From positions 1,080,001-1,112,000 of the forward strand of contig NC_002937.3 of the NCBI RefSeq assembly GCF_000195755.1: 32,000 bases of DNA. Reading direction: 5' to 3'. Position numbers and translations under genes: made by a program. The notes below the pieces were generated by a model, which ran no database searches, had not been told where the DNA came from, and saw only the letters and a program-made list of their open reading frames with translations. The stretch comes from Nitratidesulfovibrio vulgaris str. Hildenborough. GTDB taxonomy: Bacteria; Desulfobacterota; Desulfovibrionia; Desulfovibrionales; Desulfovibrionaceae. This document shows, in pieces, positions 8,648-17,409 of this stretch; within the stretch, counting starts at the first letter, position 1; each line of letters opens with the position of its first letter.

Positions 8648-9235
8648 ATGGCTGTGAAGAAGATACTGATGCTCGCAGGTGACTTCGTCGAAGACTACGA
8701 AATCATGGTTCCTTTTCAGATGCTGCTCATGGTGGGGCATCAGGTCGATGTCGTGTGCCCCGGCAAGAAGGCTGGCGACTTCGTGGCGACCGCCATCCAC
8801 GATTTCGAGGGATTCCAGACCTACACCGAGAAGCGCGGACATAATTTCACCCTCAATGCCGACTTCGACAAGGTGGACACGGCAGCCTATGACGCGCTTG
8901 TCGTGCCGGGGGGGCGTGCCCCCGAATATATCCGCCTCGACCCGAGAGTCCTTGAAATCGTGAAGGAGATGGCAGCGGCGGGCAAGCCCATCGCATCGGT
9001 CTGCCACGGGCAGCAGGTGCTTGTGGCAGCTGGCGTGCTCAAGGGCCGTACCTGCACCGCGTACCCGGCCGTGCGTCCCGACGTGGAGGCGACAGGCGGC
9101 AGATGGTGCGAAGTGAATGCCACCTTCACCAATGCCTGCGTCGACGGCAACATCGTCACCGCCCCGGCGTGGCCCGCCCATCCGGAGTGGATACGTAAAT
9201 TCCTCGACGTGCTCGGTACGCGCATCGAAGCCTGA
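8648..9235 (+). CDS. DJ-1/PfpI family protein (class I glutamine amidotransferase-like)
   Basis: [29 protein letters not shown], and the nucleophile elbow [12 protein letters not shown]. Start at the ATG at 8648, preceded by CAGGAG. The track start at 8561 is not supported. Confidence 0.9.
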   Translation: MAVKKILMLAGDFVEDYEIMVPFQMLLMVGHQVDVVCPGKKAGDFVATAIHDFEGFQTYTEKRGHNFTLNADFDKVDTAAYDALVVPGGRAPEYIRLDPRVLEIVKEMAAAGKPIASVCHGQQVLVAAGVLKGRTCTAYPAVRPDVEATGGRWCEVNATFTNACVDGNIVTAPAWPAHPEWIRKFLDVLGTRIEA

Positions 9236-9250
9236 TCATCAACAGGAAAC

Positions 9251-9292
9251 GCCCCCTGCGGATGCGTCGACGACGGCGCATCCGCAGGGGGC
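9251..9292. terminator. 16-bp GC-rich hairpin between convergent genes (gccccctgcggatgcg / cgcatccgcagggggc)
   Basis: Perfect 16-bp inverted repeat with a 10-nt loop, 16 nt after the PfpI-like stop. There is no clear U-tract, so termination is inferred from position only. Confidence 0.45.
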
Positions 9293-9447
9293 AGACAGCT
9301 GTCCTCTACGCGCCGTGGCTGTCCCGGAGTAGCCGGTGTGTGGTCCCAGTCCTTGGTGGGATGCCCGGTGATGGCACCAGAGGGTGGCATCCGCGGTCGC
9401 GCGCAGGTATTGCCCGGCAGCCGTGTCCGGAGTGGGCTCTATAGCCG

Positions 9448-10323
9448 TCAGGGTTGCGGCGTGGGGGGTAGTTGCGGAAAGTCGAAGAGGGTGCGAGGGC
9501 ACGTCTCAGGACGCTTGCGCGCCCCCAGGATGTTGGGCAGCGGCGCTTCGGCGTTGCCCGTTCCCCAGAAGTCGGCCCTGTGCCGGCCCATCCAGATGCG
9601 GGTCTGCGACTGGCTATGCAGCAGAAGCCCGGCCTGCGGGCCGCCTTCGACGTACATGACGTCGTGGATGTCGAGGGGTAGCGCCAGAAGCATGGACGCG
9701 AAGGCATGGGCTGTCATGGGTTCGCGGCAGTGCAGGAACAGAATGGCCCCGCTTCCGTCCTGTCCCACGGCTGCAATGGAGTATTCAGGGCCTCCTTGAG
9801 GCCAGAGGATGCGTCTGTTCGTGCTGATGAGCCGGTAGTTCTGTACCACCATATTGTAGTGGGGCAGGCGTTCGGCCCACGGGTCGATGGTACGGTCGAG
9901 AAGGTCGGCCTGTGGCAGGGTAGGGTCGTCGGGGGCGGCCACGAAGAACGAGCCGAATTTGGTCGTGACGCGCGGGTTGTTGACGTGTTCGCCCGCTTTG
10001 AGAAAGCCGGTACTCGTCCGCACATCGGGCAGGTACATGCTGGAGTTGATAGCCGCACCAAGGTTCAGCTTCTCTGCCCATGCCCCCAGTGAGAGAGGGT
10101 AGCCGCCTTCGCCCGTCGCCGTGTGCAGCGAGAAATCCCAGAGATTGGGGTCGATGCGCAACGCCACCAGCACGGTCGGGCCCTCCGCCGTGTCGGGATG
10201 TGAGAAGACGGCTATCTGTAATCCGGTCTCGACCTCACTCCATGGCCCGGCGTGGGCGGAGGGCGATGCGAATTGCAGAAGCAGTGCGATGAGGGCCAGA
10301 GTGGCCAGACATTTTCCGTGCAT
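9448..10323 (-). CDS. exported phosphodiester glycosidase-like (DUF2233/NAGPA-like) protein
   Basis: Signal peptide MHGKCLATLALIALLLQFASPSAHA|G from the ATG at 10321-10323. Motifs LGAAINSSMY and AVGQDGSGAILFLHC...MYVEGGPQAGLL resemble the DUF2233 pattern. Family assignment is from memory. Confidence 0.6.
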   Translation of the reverse strand: MHGKCLATLALIALLLQFASPSAHAGPWSEVETGLQIAVFSHPDTAEGPTVLVALRIDPNLWDFSLHTATGEGGYPLSLGAWAEKLNLGAAINSSMYLPDVRTSTGFLKAGEHVNNPRVTTKFGSFFVAAPDDPTLPQADLLDRTIDPWAERLPHYNMVVQNYRLISTNRRILWPQGGPEYSIAAVGQDGSGAILFLHCREPMTAHAFASMLLALPLDIHDVMYVEGGPQAGLLLHSQSQTRIWMGRHRADFWGTGNAEAPLPNILGARKRPETCPRTLFDFPQLPPTPQP

Positions 10324-10631
10324 AAGACTCCGGTCGGGCGACCTGCCGCATAGTAGGCGAAAGGGGCTGCCGAAGCAACGCATGGCCTGTGACCTCTCCA
10401 TCTTCAGCGGCTTCATGTTTCGCGTATGTCTCCATGAGAGACGCCGTGGTATATATTCTGCGATAACAGGATCTTGCGTGTTGTATTAGGAGAAGCGCAC
10501 TCTGTGCGACATGGTGTCTGTCGTTGATGCCGATGTGAGTCTATGCGTTGATGGGGGCGACGAGTGGGGACGTGTGAGAGGCCGGAGATATCGAGGGATG
10601 TTTTTTGAAGCAACGAACTAAAAACAGTATA

Positions 10632-10659
10632 TTGACATATCAATCTATCTTGATATATG
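10632..10659 (+). promoter_or_regulatory. sigma70-like promoter upstream of metF with an embedded inverted repeat
   Basis: TTGACA (10632-10637), a 16-nt spacer, then an extended -10 TGaTATATG (10651-10659). The spacer contains ATATCAA-N6-TTGATAT (10637-10656). It lies about 65 nt upstream of the metF GTG in a locally AT-rich region. Confidence 0.4.
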
Positions 10660-10723
10660 AAGAGGCATCGTAACGCCATGCGCCGCCACGCGGTGCGCAC
10701 CAGCATATAGCGAGGGAGAGAAC

Positions 10724-11599
10724 GTGAAGATCGCCGAAGCCATTGAACGTCAGAGTCGCCCATTCTACTCGCTGGAGTTCTTTCCGCCCAAGGAACGCGA
10801 ACAGTGGCCTGCGTTCTTCGCCACCGTCGAGCGGCTCAAGGCCATGGACCCTGTCTTCGCCTCGGTGACCTATGGAGCGGGGGGGGGCACACAGGACAAT
10901 ACGCTCGATATCACCGCCCATCTCAAGAATGCCCTCGGACTCGAACCCATGGCGCATCTCACCTGCGTGGGGGCCACGCGTGAACGCATCGCCGGTTTTC
11001 TTGCAAGATTGCGTGAACAGGGGGTCGAGAACGTTCTCGCCTTGCGTGGCGACCCGCCGCGTGGGCAACAGGTGGACTGGGAAACTGCGGAGTTCCGGTA
11101 TGCATCCGACCTTGTACGTTTTGTGCGGAACGAGTTCCCGGAATTCGGCATCGGCGTGGCGGGCTACCCGGCAGCGCATCCCGAGTCGGTGAGTTTCTCG
11201 CAGGATATCGCACACACCTGCCAGAAGATTCACGCCGGTGCGGATTTCGTCGTGACGCAACTTTTCTTCGATGTGCGTGAGTATTTCGCCTTCATCGAAC
11301 GCCTCAAGGAGTGCGGGGTGGAGAAACCCGTGCTGCCGGGCATTCTCCCCATCCAGAGTCTCGAATCCATCAAACGTATTCTGGCCTTGTGCGGGGCGAA
11401 CATCCCCGGAAAGCTGTACCTTGAGCTTGAAGAAGCCGACGCGCGCGGGGGCGCAGAGGCCGTGCGCGAGGCGGGCATAGCCTTTGCCGTGCGTCAGATT
11501 CGTTCTCTGATAGATGGCGGCGCCCCCGGCATCCATCTGTACACGCTGAACAAGGCGGACATGTGCCTTCAGATTCGTGACGCGGTGGGAGCACTATAA
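10724..11599 (+). CDS. metF: 5,10-methylenetetrahydrofolate reductase
   Basis: Motifs: FYSLEFFPPK, ASVTYGAGGGTQ, NVLALRGDPP, ADFVVTQLFFD, PVLPGILPI, PGIHLYTLN. GTG start preceded by GAGGGAGAG. Confidence 0.92.
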   Translation: MKIAEAIERQSRPFYSLEFFPPKEREQWPAFFATVERLKAMDPVFASVTYGAGGGTQDNTLDITAHLKNALGLEPMAHLTCVGATRERIAGFLARLREQGVENVLALRGDPPRGQQVDWETAEFRYASDLVRFVRNEFPEFGIGVAGYPAAHPESVSFSQDIAHTCQKIHAGADFVVTQLFFDVREYFAFIERLKECGVEKPVLPGILPIQSLESIKRILALCGANIPGKLYLELEEADARGGAEAVREAGIAFAVRQIRSLIDGGAPGIHLYTLNKADMCLQIRDAVGAL

Positions 11600-11607
11600 G
11601 TGGAGTC

Positions 11608-11649
11608 GACGGCGCCCCGGTCTGCATACCTGCCGGGGCGTCGTCTTTT
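11608..11649 (+). terminator. metF intrinsic terminator
   Basis: 13-bp stem gacggcgccccgg / ccggggcgtcgtc (one G-U pair), a 12-nt loop, then TTTT. It begins 9 nt after the metF stop. Confidence 0.6.
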
Positions 11650-11668
11650 ACTTTCACACGCAGTAATC

Positions 11669-11697
11669 TTGACAGACAAACGATCTTCTCATATTTT
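11669..11697 (+). promoter_or_regulatory. sigma70-like promoter for the candidate RNA unit
   Basis: TTGACA (11669-11674), a 17-nt spacer, then TATTTT (11692-11697). It lies just downstream of the metF terminator. Confidence 0.35.
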
Positions 11698-11700
11698 CAG

Positions 11701-11880
11701 CACTGGTTGCTTGATCAAACGGTACACGGTAGCACAACCGTGCTTCACTACCGCAGAGGCCGTGCCTCGCCAGCTACGGAACCCCGGCAATGGTTCGCCG
11801 CGGAGAGGGCAAAGTTCCGTAGCAATGACTGGTGACCATGAAGCCCCCCTGACGGAAACGTCGGGGGGGCTTTCTGCTGT
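11701..11880 (+). ncRNA. candidate structured small RNA or riboswitch-like leader, class unknown
   Basis: It lies between a promoter-like element and a strong terminator. That terminator is a 13-bp stem agcccccctgacg / cgtcgggggggct with a GAAA loop (11842-11871), followed by TTTCTGCTGT. Internal helices are a perfect 10-bp gctacggaac (11773-11782) / gttccgtagc (11814-11823), and hairpins at 11725-11742 and 11756-11768. The 5' end (11701-11711) is complementary to 11821-11834. No plausible ORF is present. Confidence 0.35.
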
Positions 11881-12122
11881 CGCCGTAGGCGTGCAGCAGT
11901 CGGTGAAGTGAGCAGGCAGGGTTCACCCCTGCCGTGAGCGAACGTGCGCCGTGCCTTTCCGCCCGGCGGCTTGCCGCCGCTGGCGGCGCGAACCCCTGCA
12001 CGGGTTCGTAATGGATAGGGCGCCTCCTCCCTTCCGGCGTGCTGGACAGGATGATGTCCCGACGTTATCAGAAAGCGCGGTGTCATGCTTGCCGCGCAGA
12101 CTCATCCCTACCCCGGAGAATC

Positions 12123-13178
12123 ATGACTTCGATCGTCCTGCCCGAAGGTGGTGTGCGGCGCATCCTCGTCTGCCAGTTGAGGCAGATAGGCGACGTCCTC
12201 CTCGCCACTCCGGCCCTTACCCTTCTTCGTCGGCGCTTTCCCGAGGCCGAAATCCATGTCCTCACCGAGTCCAAGTGCGTCTCCATGCTGGATGGCAATC
12301 CAGATGTGGATGTGGTCTGGCCTCTCGACAAGAAACGGCTCAGTTCCTTTTTCGCCGAAGTGGCATGGTATCGTGAGGTGGCCGGGCAGGGGTTCGACAT
12401 CGTGGTCGACTTCCAGCAATTGCCGCGTACCCGTTGGGTCGTCGCCTTCTCTGGCGCTCCGGTGAGGCTCAGCTTCACGCCTCCGTGGTACAACCGCTGG
12501 CTTTACACGCACTGGGTGAAGCCGCGCGACGGCTATGCGGCCATGTCCAAGGCCAGTGTCCTTGAGCCGCTTGGCATACGGTGGGACGGTGAACGCCCGC
12601 GCCTGTGGCTGCGCCCTGAAGAGCGTGCGACTGCCCGCGAGATACTGGCATCCGCCGGTCTGGCAGAAGGGCAGAGGCTGGTGACGCTAGACCCGACGCA
12701 TCGCCGTATCACCCGCCAGTGGCCCGCCCTGCACTACGCCCGGCTTATGGATATCGCCGCGGATAAGGCCCCCGACGTACGCTTCTTGCCTTTCTGGGGG
12801 CCGGGAGAAGAGGCTGACATCCGGAGAATGGTCGCTGCGTGCCGTGCAGACGGCAACGTCCTGCTGCCGGACAGGATGCTGACGCTGCGCGAGATGGCGG
12901 CGTGCATCGCGGAAGCGGACATGCATCTGGGCAACTGTTCGGCCCCGAGGCATATCGCGGTGGCGGTGGATACCCCGACGTGCGTCGTGCTTGGGGCGAC
13001 AGGCACCGCATGGACGTTCCCTTCACCCGAACATATCGATGTCGCCGCGCGCCTCGCCTGCCAGCCGTGCAACCGCAATACGTGTGATACGCTGCAATGC
13101 CTGCGCGACCTTGCCCCTGAGCATGTCTTCGAGGTCGCCATGGCGCATCTCGACCGCTTCGGCAAGCGGCGCGATTGA
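12123..13178 (+). CDS. glycosyltransferase family 9 (ADP-heptose:LPS heptosyltransferase-like)
   Basis: N-terminus RILVCQLRQIGDVLLATPALTLLRRRFPEAEIHVLTE is typical of GT9, and the C-terminal region includes LGNCSAPRHIAVAV. Start at the ATG at 12123, after GGAGA. The track start at 12039 is unsupported. Confidence 0.85.
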   Translation: MTSIVLPEGGVRRILVCQLRQIGDVLLATPALTLLRRRFPEAEIHVLTESKCVSMLDGNPDVDVVWPLDKKRLSSFFAEVAWYREVAGQGFDIVVDFQQLPRTRWVVAFSGAPVRLSFTPPWYNRWLYTHWVKPRDGYAAMSKASVLEPLGIRWDGERPRLWLRPEERATAREILASAGLAEGQRLVTLDPTHRRITRQWPALHYARLMDIAADKAPDVRFLPFWGPGEEADIRRMVAACRADGNVLLPDRMLTLREMAACIAEADMHLGNCSAPRHIAVAVDTPTCVVLGATGTAWTFPSPEHIDVAARLACQPCNRNTCDTLQCLRDLAPEHVFEVAMAHLDRFGKRRD

Positions 13179-13214
13179 CCGTATCGTATGATGCTCGTCA
13201 CTTTCTGGTGATAC

Positions 13215-13247
13215 AAGGCCCCTGGGGAATGTCCTCAGGGGCCTTTT
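13215..13247 (+). terminator. intrinsic terminator after the GT9 gene
   Basis: 10-bp stem aaggcccctg / caggggcctt followed by TTTT(G). Confidence 0.6.
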
Positions 13248-13313
13248 GCATGTGATGGAAGAATGCATGGCTACTGCGATCAAGGCGGGATCGTTCACTT
13301 TTCTATGGAACGC

Positions 13314-13343
13314 AAAAACCCGCAGTATCACTACTGCGGGTTT
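13314..13343 (-). terminator. intrinsic terminator after the tRNA-Lys pair
   Basis: On the minus strand it reads cccgcagta-gtga-tactgcggg followed by TTTTT. It starts 11 nt past the 3' CCA of the distal tRNA. Confidence 0.65.
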
Positions 13344-13353
13344 GCACTCGTTC

Positions 13354-13429
<76 letters not shown>

Positions 13430-13449
13430 GTGCCTCGTGGCGGAGACGG

Positions 13450-13478
13450 TATCTACGCTCAACGGGTGTGAGGGTCAA
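13450..13478 (-). promoter_or_regulatory. sigma70-like promoter for tRNA-Lys copy 1
   Basis: Minus strand: TTGACC, a 17-nt spacer, TAGATA. An A-tract (aaaaaaa) lies upstream like an UP element. The -10 element ends about 20 nt before the mature tRNA 5' end. Confidence 0.45.
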
Positions 13479-13620
13479 CAGGTTTTTTTGCGATTCCCGA
13501 AAAAAGTTGAAGAAGGGGGGAGGCACCAGCATCGTCTCAGGGGTGCACGTCTCCGTCATATCAGGCAGCCGGAAACGAAGAAGCCCCACAGTGTTTCCAC
13601 TGCGGGGCGTACTTGCAAGC

Positions 13621-13696
<76 letters not shown>

Positions 13697-13716
13697 GTGC
13701 CGTTCGGCGAAGACGG

Positions 13717-13745
13717 AACCTAGTCGCCTCGGTCTGTGAAGTCAA
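13717..13745 (-). promoter_or_regulatory. sigma70-like promoter for tRNA-Lys copy 2
   Basis: Minus strand: TTGACT, a 17-nt spacer, TAGGTT, preceded by an A8 tract. The layout parallels the copy-1 promoter. It is divergent from dsbD. Confidence 0.45.
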
Positions 13746-13788
13746 CATTTTTTTTGCCCGTGGTGCGAAAAAAACGTATCGTCACCTG

Positions 13789-15948
13789 ATGCGACACCAA
13801 ACCAGAGTTTCAAACATCGCAATATCCTGTGTTCTTGCCGCGTTTCTCCTGCTCCTGCCGGGGCTCGTTCCGGTGTTGGTACCGTGGGCCACACTTGATG
13901 GGGGCGCCCTTTCCGCGCACGCTGCCGAGCCTGTGACGTTCTCGACTGAACTGGCGCATGATCGCGAGACGGCGGGTGGCATCATCGTGCTGTGGATCGA
14001 CCCCGCACCGGAATACCACGCCTACGCGCATGAGCCGGGGGTGGATACGCGGCCCACCGTGGTAAGTGTCCATGACCGGAGTGGGACGCCTCTCGACCTG
14101 CCGGTGCTCTATATGCCGGGCGAACCGCTCGACGACCCCTTCACCCCCGGCAGGATCGTCAATGCCTATGGGCCGAAGACTCCGGTCTTCGTTAAGGTTC
14201 CGGCACTGCTCGCTGGCGGCGACGTCATCGTGCGGACATCGCTCCTTCTCTGTTCCGACCGTAACTGCCAACCTGTGCGGCATGACATCGTCGTGACCTT
14301 GCCCGGCGAAGGCGCATTCGCGGCGTTACCCGATGCCGCGTCGCGTCCATGGCGCGGCAAGCTGGCGCAAGCGGTACCCGGAAGACCCGTCGCCGGGGCG
14401 GTCGCCCCCGGCATGACCGGAACGCCGAGCGCTGGCGCGGTAGGCGATGGGGCAGCAATCGGGATGGGCGGCGTTACGCCCACGCCTCGTGATGCAGCCC
14501 CCGGAACAGGGGGCTCCCTTCCCTTCCCGTCCTCTACCGGAGTCGATACCACGGCAACTGCCGGCAACGTGGCACGTGGAGAAGAAGAGCAGGCGCAGAA
14601 GGCTGTCTCTGGTATCGTGTCTGTCTCTCCCGAAGGAACGTCGTCCGGCGTCGCCGTCTCCCGTTCTGTTTCCGGTGCCGCGCAGGAATCACCCGCGTGG
14701 TCTTTCGCACCCCGCTATTTCGCGCCCGAACTTGAAGTCTCCGGTCTTGGCAAGGCCTTGCTGCTTGGCCTTCTGGCTGGGCTCATCCTCAATGTCATGC
14801 CGTGCGTATTGCCTGTCATCAGTCTGAAGTTGAGCGGGTTCATCGCCACGTCCGGTGCGCCGGGTGACGAGGGGGTGCGCCGAAGGGCTTTCCGGGAGCA
14901 CAACCTGTTCTTTGCCGCAGGCATCCTCGTGTGGTTCGTGGTGCTGGCGGGTATTCTCGCCGTGGCAGGGCTTGCATGGGGGCAGTTGTTCCAGCGGCCG
15001 GGAGTGCTTTTCGGACTGACGCTGGTGGTCTTCACGCTTGGCCTGTCCATGTTCGGCGTGTTCTCGCTGCCTGTTCTCGACCTCAAGGCAGGCACCACCG
15101 GAAGCCCCCGCGCCCAGGCGTTCATGACCGGAGTGGTCGCCACGCTGCTAGCGACCCCTTGCAGCGGCCCGCTTCTCGGCGGCGTGCTGGGGTGGGCCTT
15201 TCGGCAGCCCTCGTCAGTGCTGGCACTGGTATTCGCCTTTGTGGGACTTGGAATGGCGTCGCCCTACCTGCTGATGGCAGCGCGTCCCGGCCTTGTGCGG
15301 TTCTTTCCCCGACCGGGAGCATGGACGGGTGTGATGGAACAGGTGGTGGGCTTCTTTCTGATGGCGACATCCGTCTACCTGCTCACCATCCTGCCTGCCG
15401 CCTTGCTCTTGCCCATGCTGGTCACCTTGCTGGTTGCCGCGTTCGCGGCGTGGCTGTGGGGCACATGGGCGGGGCCGGGGGCCTCGTCGGTGCAGCGCAT
15501 TGCGGTGCGGTGCGTCGCGGTCGCACTGGTGGGCATGACGGTTGCGTGGGCACTGTCACCGCCTGCCGATGAAGCCCGGTGGGAGCCCTTCGAGGCGACG
15601 GCCTTTCGTGATATGCTCGGTCGTCAGCCCGTCATCGTCGACTTCACGGCGGACTGGTGCCCCAACTGCAAACTGCTGGAACGTACGACCCTGAACGCCG
15701 CCAACATGGCACGATGGCAGAAGGCCTATGGGGCACGTCTCGTGCGGGTCGACCTCACGCGCGACGACCCGGTGGCACAGGCCCTGCTGCATTCGCTGGG
15801 CAGCAGCAGCATTCCCGTGGTCGCCCTGTTCCCTACGGGGCTGCTGCGCAATGCACCACTGGTGCTGCGCGACCTCTTCACCGCAGACCAGATGGATGAG
15901 GCCCTCGAACGCGCCTTCGGGCCAGCGGGTCAGCCTCTTCAGCCATGA
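13789..15948 (+). CDS. dsbD: thiol:disulfide interchange protein DsbD-type fusion (N-terminal periplasmic domain, CcdA/DsbD membrane core, C-terminal thioredoxin)
   Basis: Signal-like N-terminus from the ATG at 13789 (the track start at 13690 overlaps the tRNA). The N-domain Cys pair is LLCSDRNCQP. The membrane-core Cys motifs are NVMPCVLPV and LATPCSGPLLG. The thioredoxin motif is DFTADWCPNCK. Confidence 0.85.
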   Translation: MRHQTRVSNIAISCVLAAFLLLLPGLVPVLVPWATLDGGALSAHAAEPVTFSTELAHDRETAGGIIVLWIDPAPEYHAYAHEPGVDTRPTVVSVHDRSGTPLDLPVLYMPGEPLDDPFTPGRIVNAYGPKTPVFVKVPALLAGGDVIVRTSLLLCSDRNCQPVRHDIVVTLPGEGAFAALPDAASRPWRGKLAQAVPGRPVAGAVAPGMTGTPSAGAVGDGAAIGMGGVTPTPRDAAPGTGGSLPFPSSTGVDTTATAGNVARGEEEQAQKAVSGIVSVSPEGTSSGVAVSRSVSGAAQESPAWSFAPRYFAPELEVSGLGKALLLGLLAGLILNVMPCVLPVISLKLSGFIATSGAPGDEGVRRRAFREHNLFFAAGILVWFVVLAGILAVAGLAWGQLFQRPGVLFGLTLVVFTLGLSMFGVFSLPVLDLKAGTTGSPRAQAFMTGVVATLLATPCSGPLLGGVLGWAFRQPSSVLALVFAFVGLGMASPYLLMAARPGLVRFFPRPGAWTGVMEQVVGFFLMATSVYLLTILPAALLLPMLVTLLVAAFAAWLWGTWAGPGASSVQRIAVRCVAVALVGMTVAWALSPPADEARWEPFEATAFRDMLGRQPVIVDFTADWCPNCKLLERTTLNAANMARWQKAYGARLVRVDLTRDDPVAQALLHSLGSSSIPVVALFPTGLLRNAPLVLRDLFTADQMDEALERAFGPAGQPLQP

Positions 15949-15964
15949 GATGGTTATGACAAGG

Positions 15965-15994
15965 AAAGGGCCGCACAGGTCGGCCCTTTCTTTT
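15965..15994. terminator. bidirectional terminator between dsbD and the M24 peptidase gene
   Basis: aaagggccg-cacaggt-cggcccttt followed by cTTTT, with an A-tract on the other side. The flanking genes are convergent. Confidence 0.6.
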
Positions 15995-16058
15995 GTCCAG
16001 TCTGCCCAATCTGTCCGGAGAGTGCAGGAGGTCCAGCCCGTGGCCCCCGCGCCGTGGT

Positions 16059-17282
16059 TCATTCGATGCAGACGATGTCGTACTCGTCACCCGTGAGGCA
16101 GCGGCCACCGTCTTCCGTCACTTCAAAGGTGTTCTCCACTCCCACCATCCCCACTCCGGGGATGCCCATCTTGGGTTCGATGGCGATGACCATGCCGGTC
16201 TGGAGAGGCGCATCGAACCGCCGGGCCAGTACCGGGTGTTCATCCACGGCAAGGCCGATGCCGTGCCCGAGGAACGGTACCTTGTTGCTTCCAATTCCCA
16301 TGAATCCTTCAGAGAGTCCGTACTCCCCGACGAGTTGCAGGGCGTCCTGATAGATGGCGGAGGGGATGGCGCCGGGGCGCAGGGCTGCGGCTGCGCGGGC
16401 CTGCACTTCCATGCACGTCTCGTGGGCGCGCAGCACGGCGTCAGGGATGGAGGCACGCGGACCCGCCCAGTACACTTGCGTCTTGTCGGTATGATAGCCT
16501 TCAAGGGTGAAGCCGATGTCCACGGCCAACGGCGTTCCCCTGCGCCATACAGACCCCGCATAGCCCATGTAGGGGACGGCGGGATGTTCGCCTTTGAGCC
16601 CCAGCGGGCCGTTGAAGTGGCTGGGGTAGTTCCCGTTCTCTCCGGCGGCCACATGGCCGAGGAATATCTCCTCACCATTGGCGGACATGCGCATCATGCC
16701 CGAATGTCCGCGCTCGAAGAAGACCTGCCACGCGAGGTGCGAGACCTCTCGTTCGGTCATGCCGGGGTGTATGCGCTGCGGAAGGGCTTCGTGCAGGCTT
16801 TCGTGATGCCTTGCCCCGGCAAGGCGCATCTTGTTTAGTTCCCATGGTGACTTGACGGCCCGCGCGAGGGTTACCGCCATGTCGCCGGGTACGAAAGAAA
16901 CGCCCTGAAGACGCTGTTGCAGCAGGTTGGCGAGAGACCATGGCAGTCCTCCCATCTCGGCAGCAACCACCCCGCCCAATGGGGAACCTGCTTCGCGTGC
17001 GAGTTCGACGATGTCGCCGTAGGAACGGAAGGGGTGCACACGTTCAATGGGGCTTTCAAGCAGAACGCGTTCGATGCCCTTGCGGACGAAGAGCATGGCT
17101 TCGCCTTCGCGGGGTAGCCACAGCACGCCGTTACCGAGCGAACCGGTGAGGTAGTAGATGGAGAGTCTGGCAAAGACCAGCAGACCGGAGGCCTCGGGGG
17201 CGACGTCTGCGAGGGCCGCACGGCAGCGGCTGTGGCGGCGGCGGACTTCATCGTCGGGAATGCGTTCTGCGGCAGTGAACAT
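16059..17282 (-). CDS. M24-family metallopeptidase (Xaa-Pro aminopeptidase/dipeptidase-like)
   Basis: Creatinase/prolidase-type N-domain followed by a pita-bread domain. Metal-ligand motifs are VDIGFTLEGYHTDKT, HGIGLAVDEHP, IEPK and VENTFEVTEDG. AGGAGA lies upstream of the ATG at 17282. Confidence 0.85.
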   Translation of the reverse strand: MFTAAERIPDDEVRRRHSRCRAALADVAPEASGLLVFARLSIYYLTGSLGNGVLWLPREGEAMLFVRKGIERVLLESPIERVHPFRSYGDIVELAREAGSPLGGVVAAEMGGLPWSLANLLQQRLQGVSFVPGDMAVTLARAVKSPWELNKMRLAGARHHESLHEALPQRIHPGMTEREVSHLAWQVFFERGHSGMMRMSANGEEIFLGHVAAGENGNYPSHFNGPLGLKGEHPAVPYMGYAGSVWRRGTPLAVDIGFTLEGYHTDKTQVYWAGPRASIPDAVLRAHETCMEVQARAAAALRPGAIPSAIYQDALQLVGEYGLSEGFMGIGSNKVPFLGHGIGLAVDEHPVLARRFDAPLQTGMVIAIEPKMGIPGVGMVGVENTFEVTEDGGRCLTGDEYDIVCIE

Positions 17283-17409
17283 GACGTCTCCTGTTCTGGT
17301 GGTGTATGCTGGTCTTCTAGCGCGCGGGCGCGGGGGTTAGCAATCGCAGGATTGCGCTCGGCCCCGCCGCAGGATAGACTGCCGCCTTATCCCCGAAATG
17401 AGGTTCACT

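Noticed and set aside
8426-9181. Antisense ORFs opposite real genes (8426-9181, 10640-11536, 15993-16838, 17532-18296, 18209-19087, 22836-23501, 23479-24348, 4297-5130)
   Set aside because: Each overlaps a motif-supported gene on the other strand (PfpI-like, metF, M24 peptidase, YkgJ/CoA-binding, J-domain, cobU, exported protein, nth). None has recognisable motifs.
11800-11880. Possible c-di-GMP-I (GEMM) riboswitch, based on the strings GGGCAAAG and ...AAGCC followed by a GAAA-capped helix
   Set aside because: Only fragmentary string resemblance. The first hairpin required by the motif cannot be formed convincingly, and the GAAA loop is on the wrong helix. I leave it unclassified pending a covariance-model scan.
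11600-11911. 103-aa plus-strand ORF spanning the metF-GT9 spacer
   Set aside because: It starts inside the metF terminator and reads through two strong intrinsic terminators. It has no SD, and its product has junk composition. The region is better explained as an RNA element.
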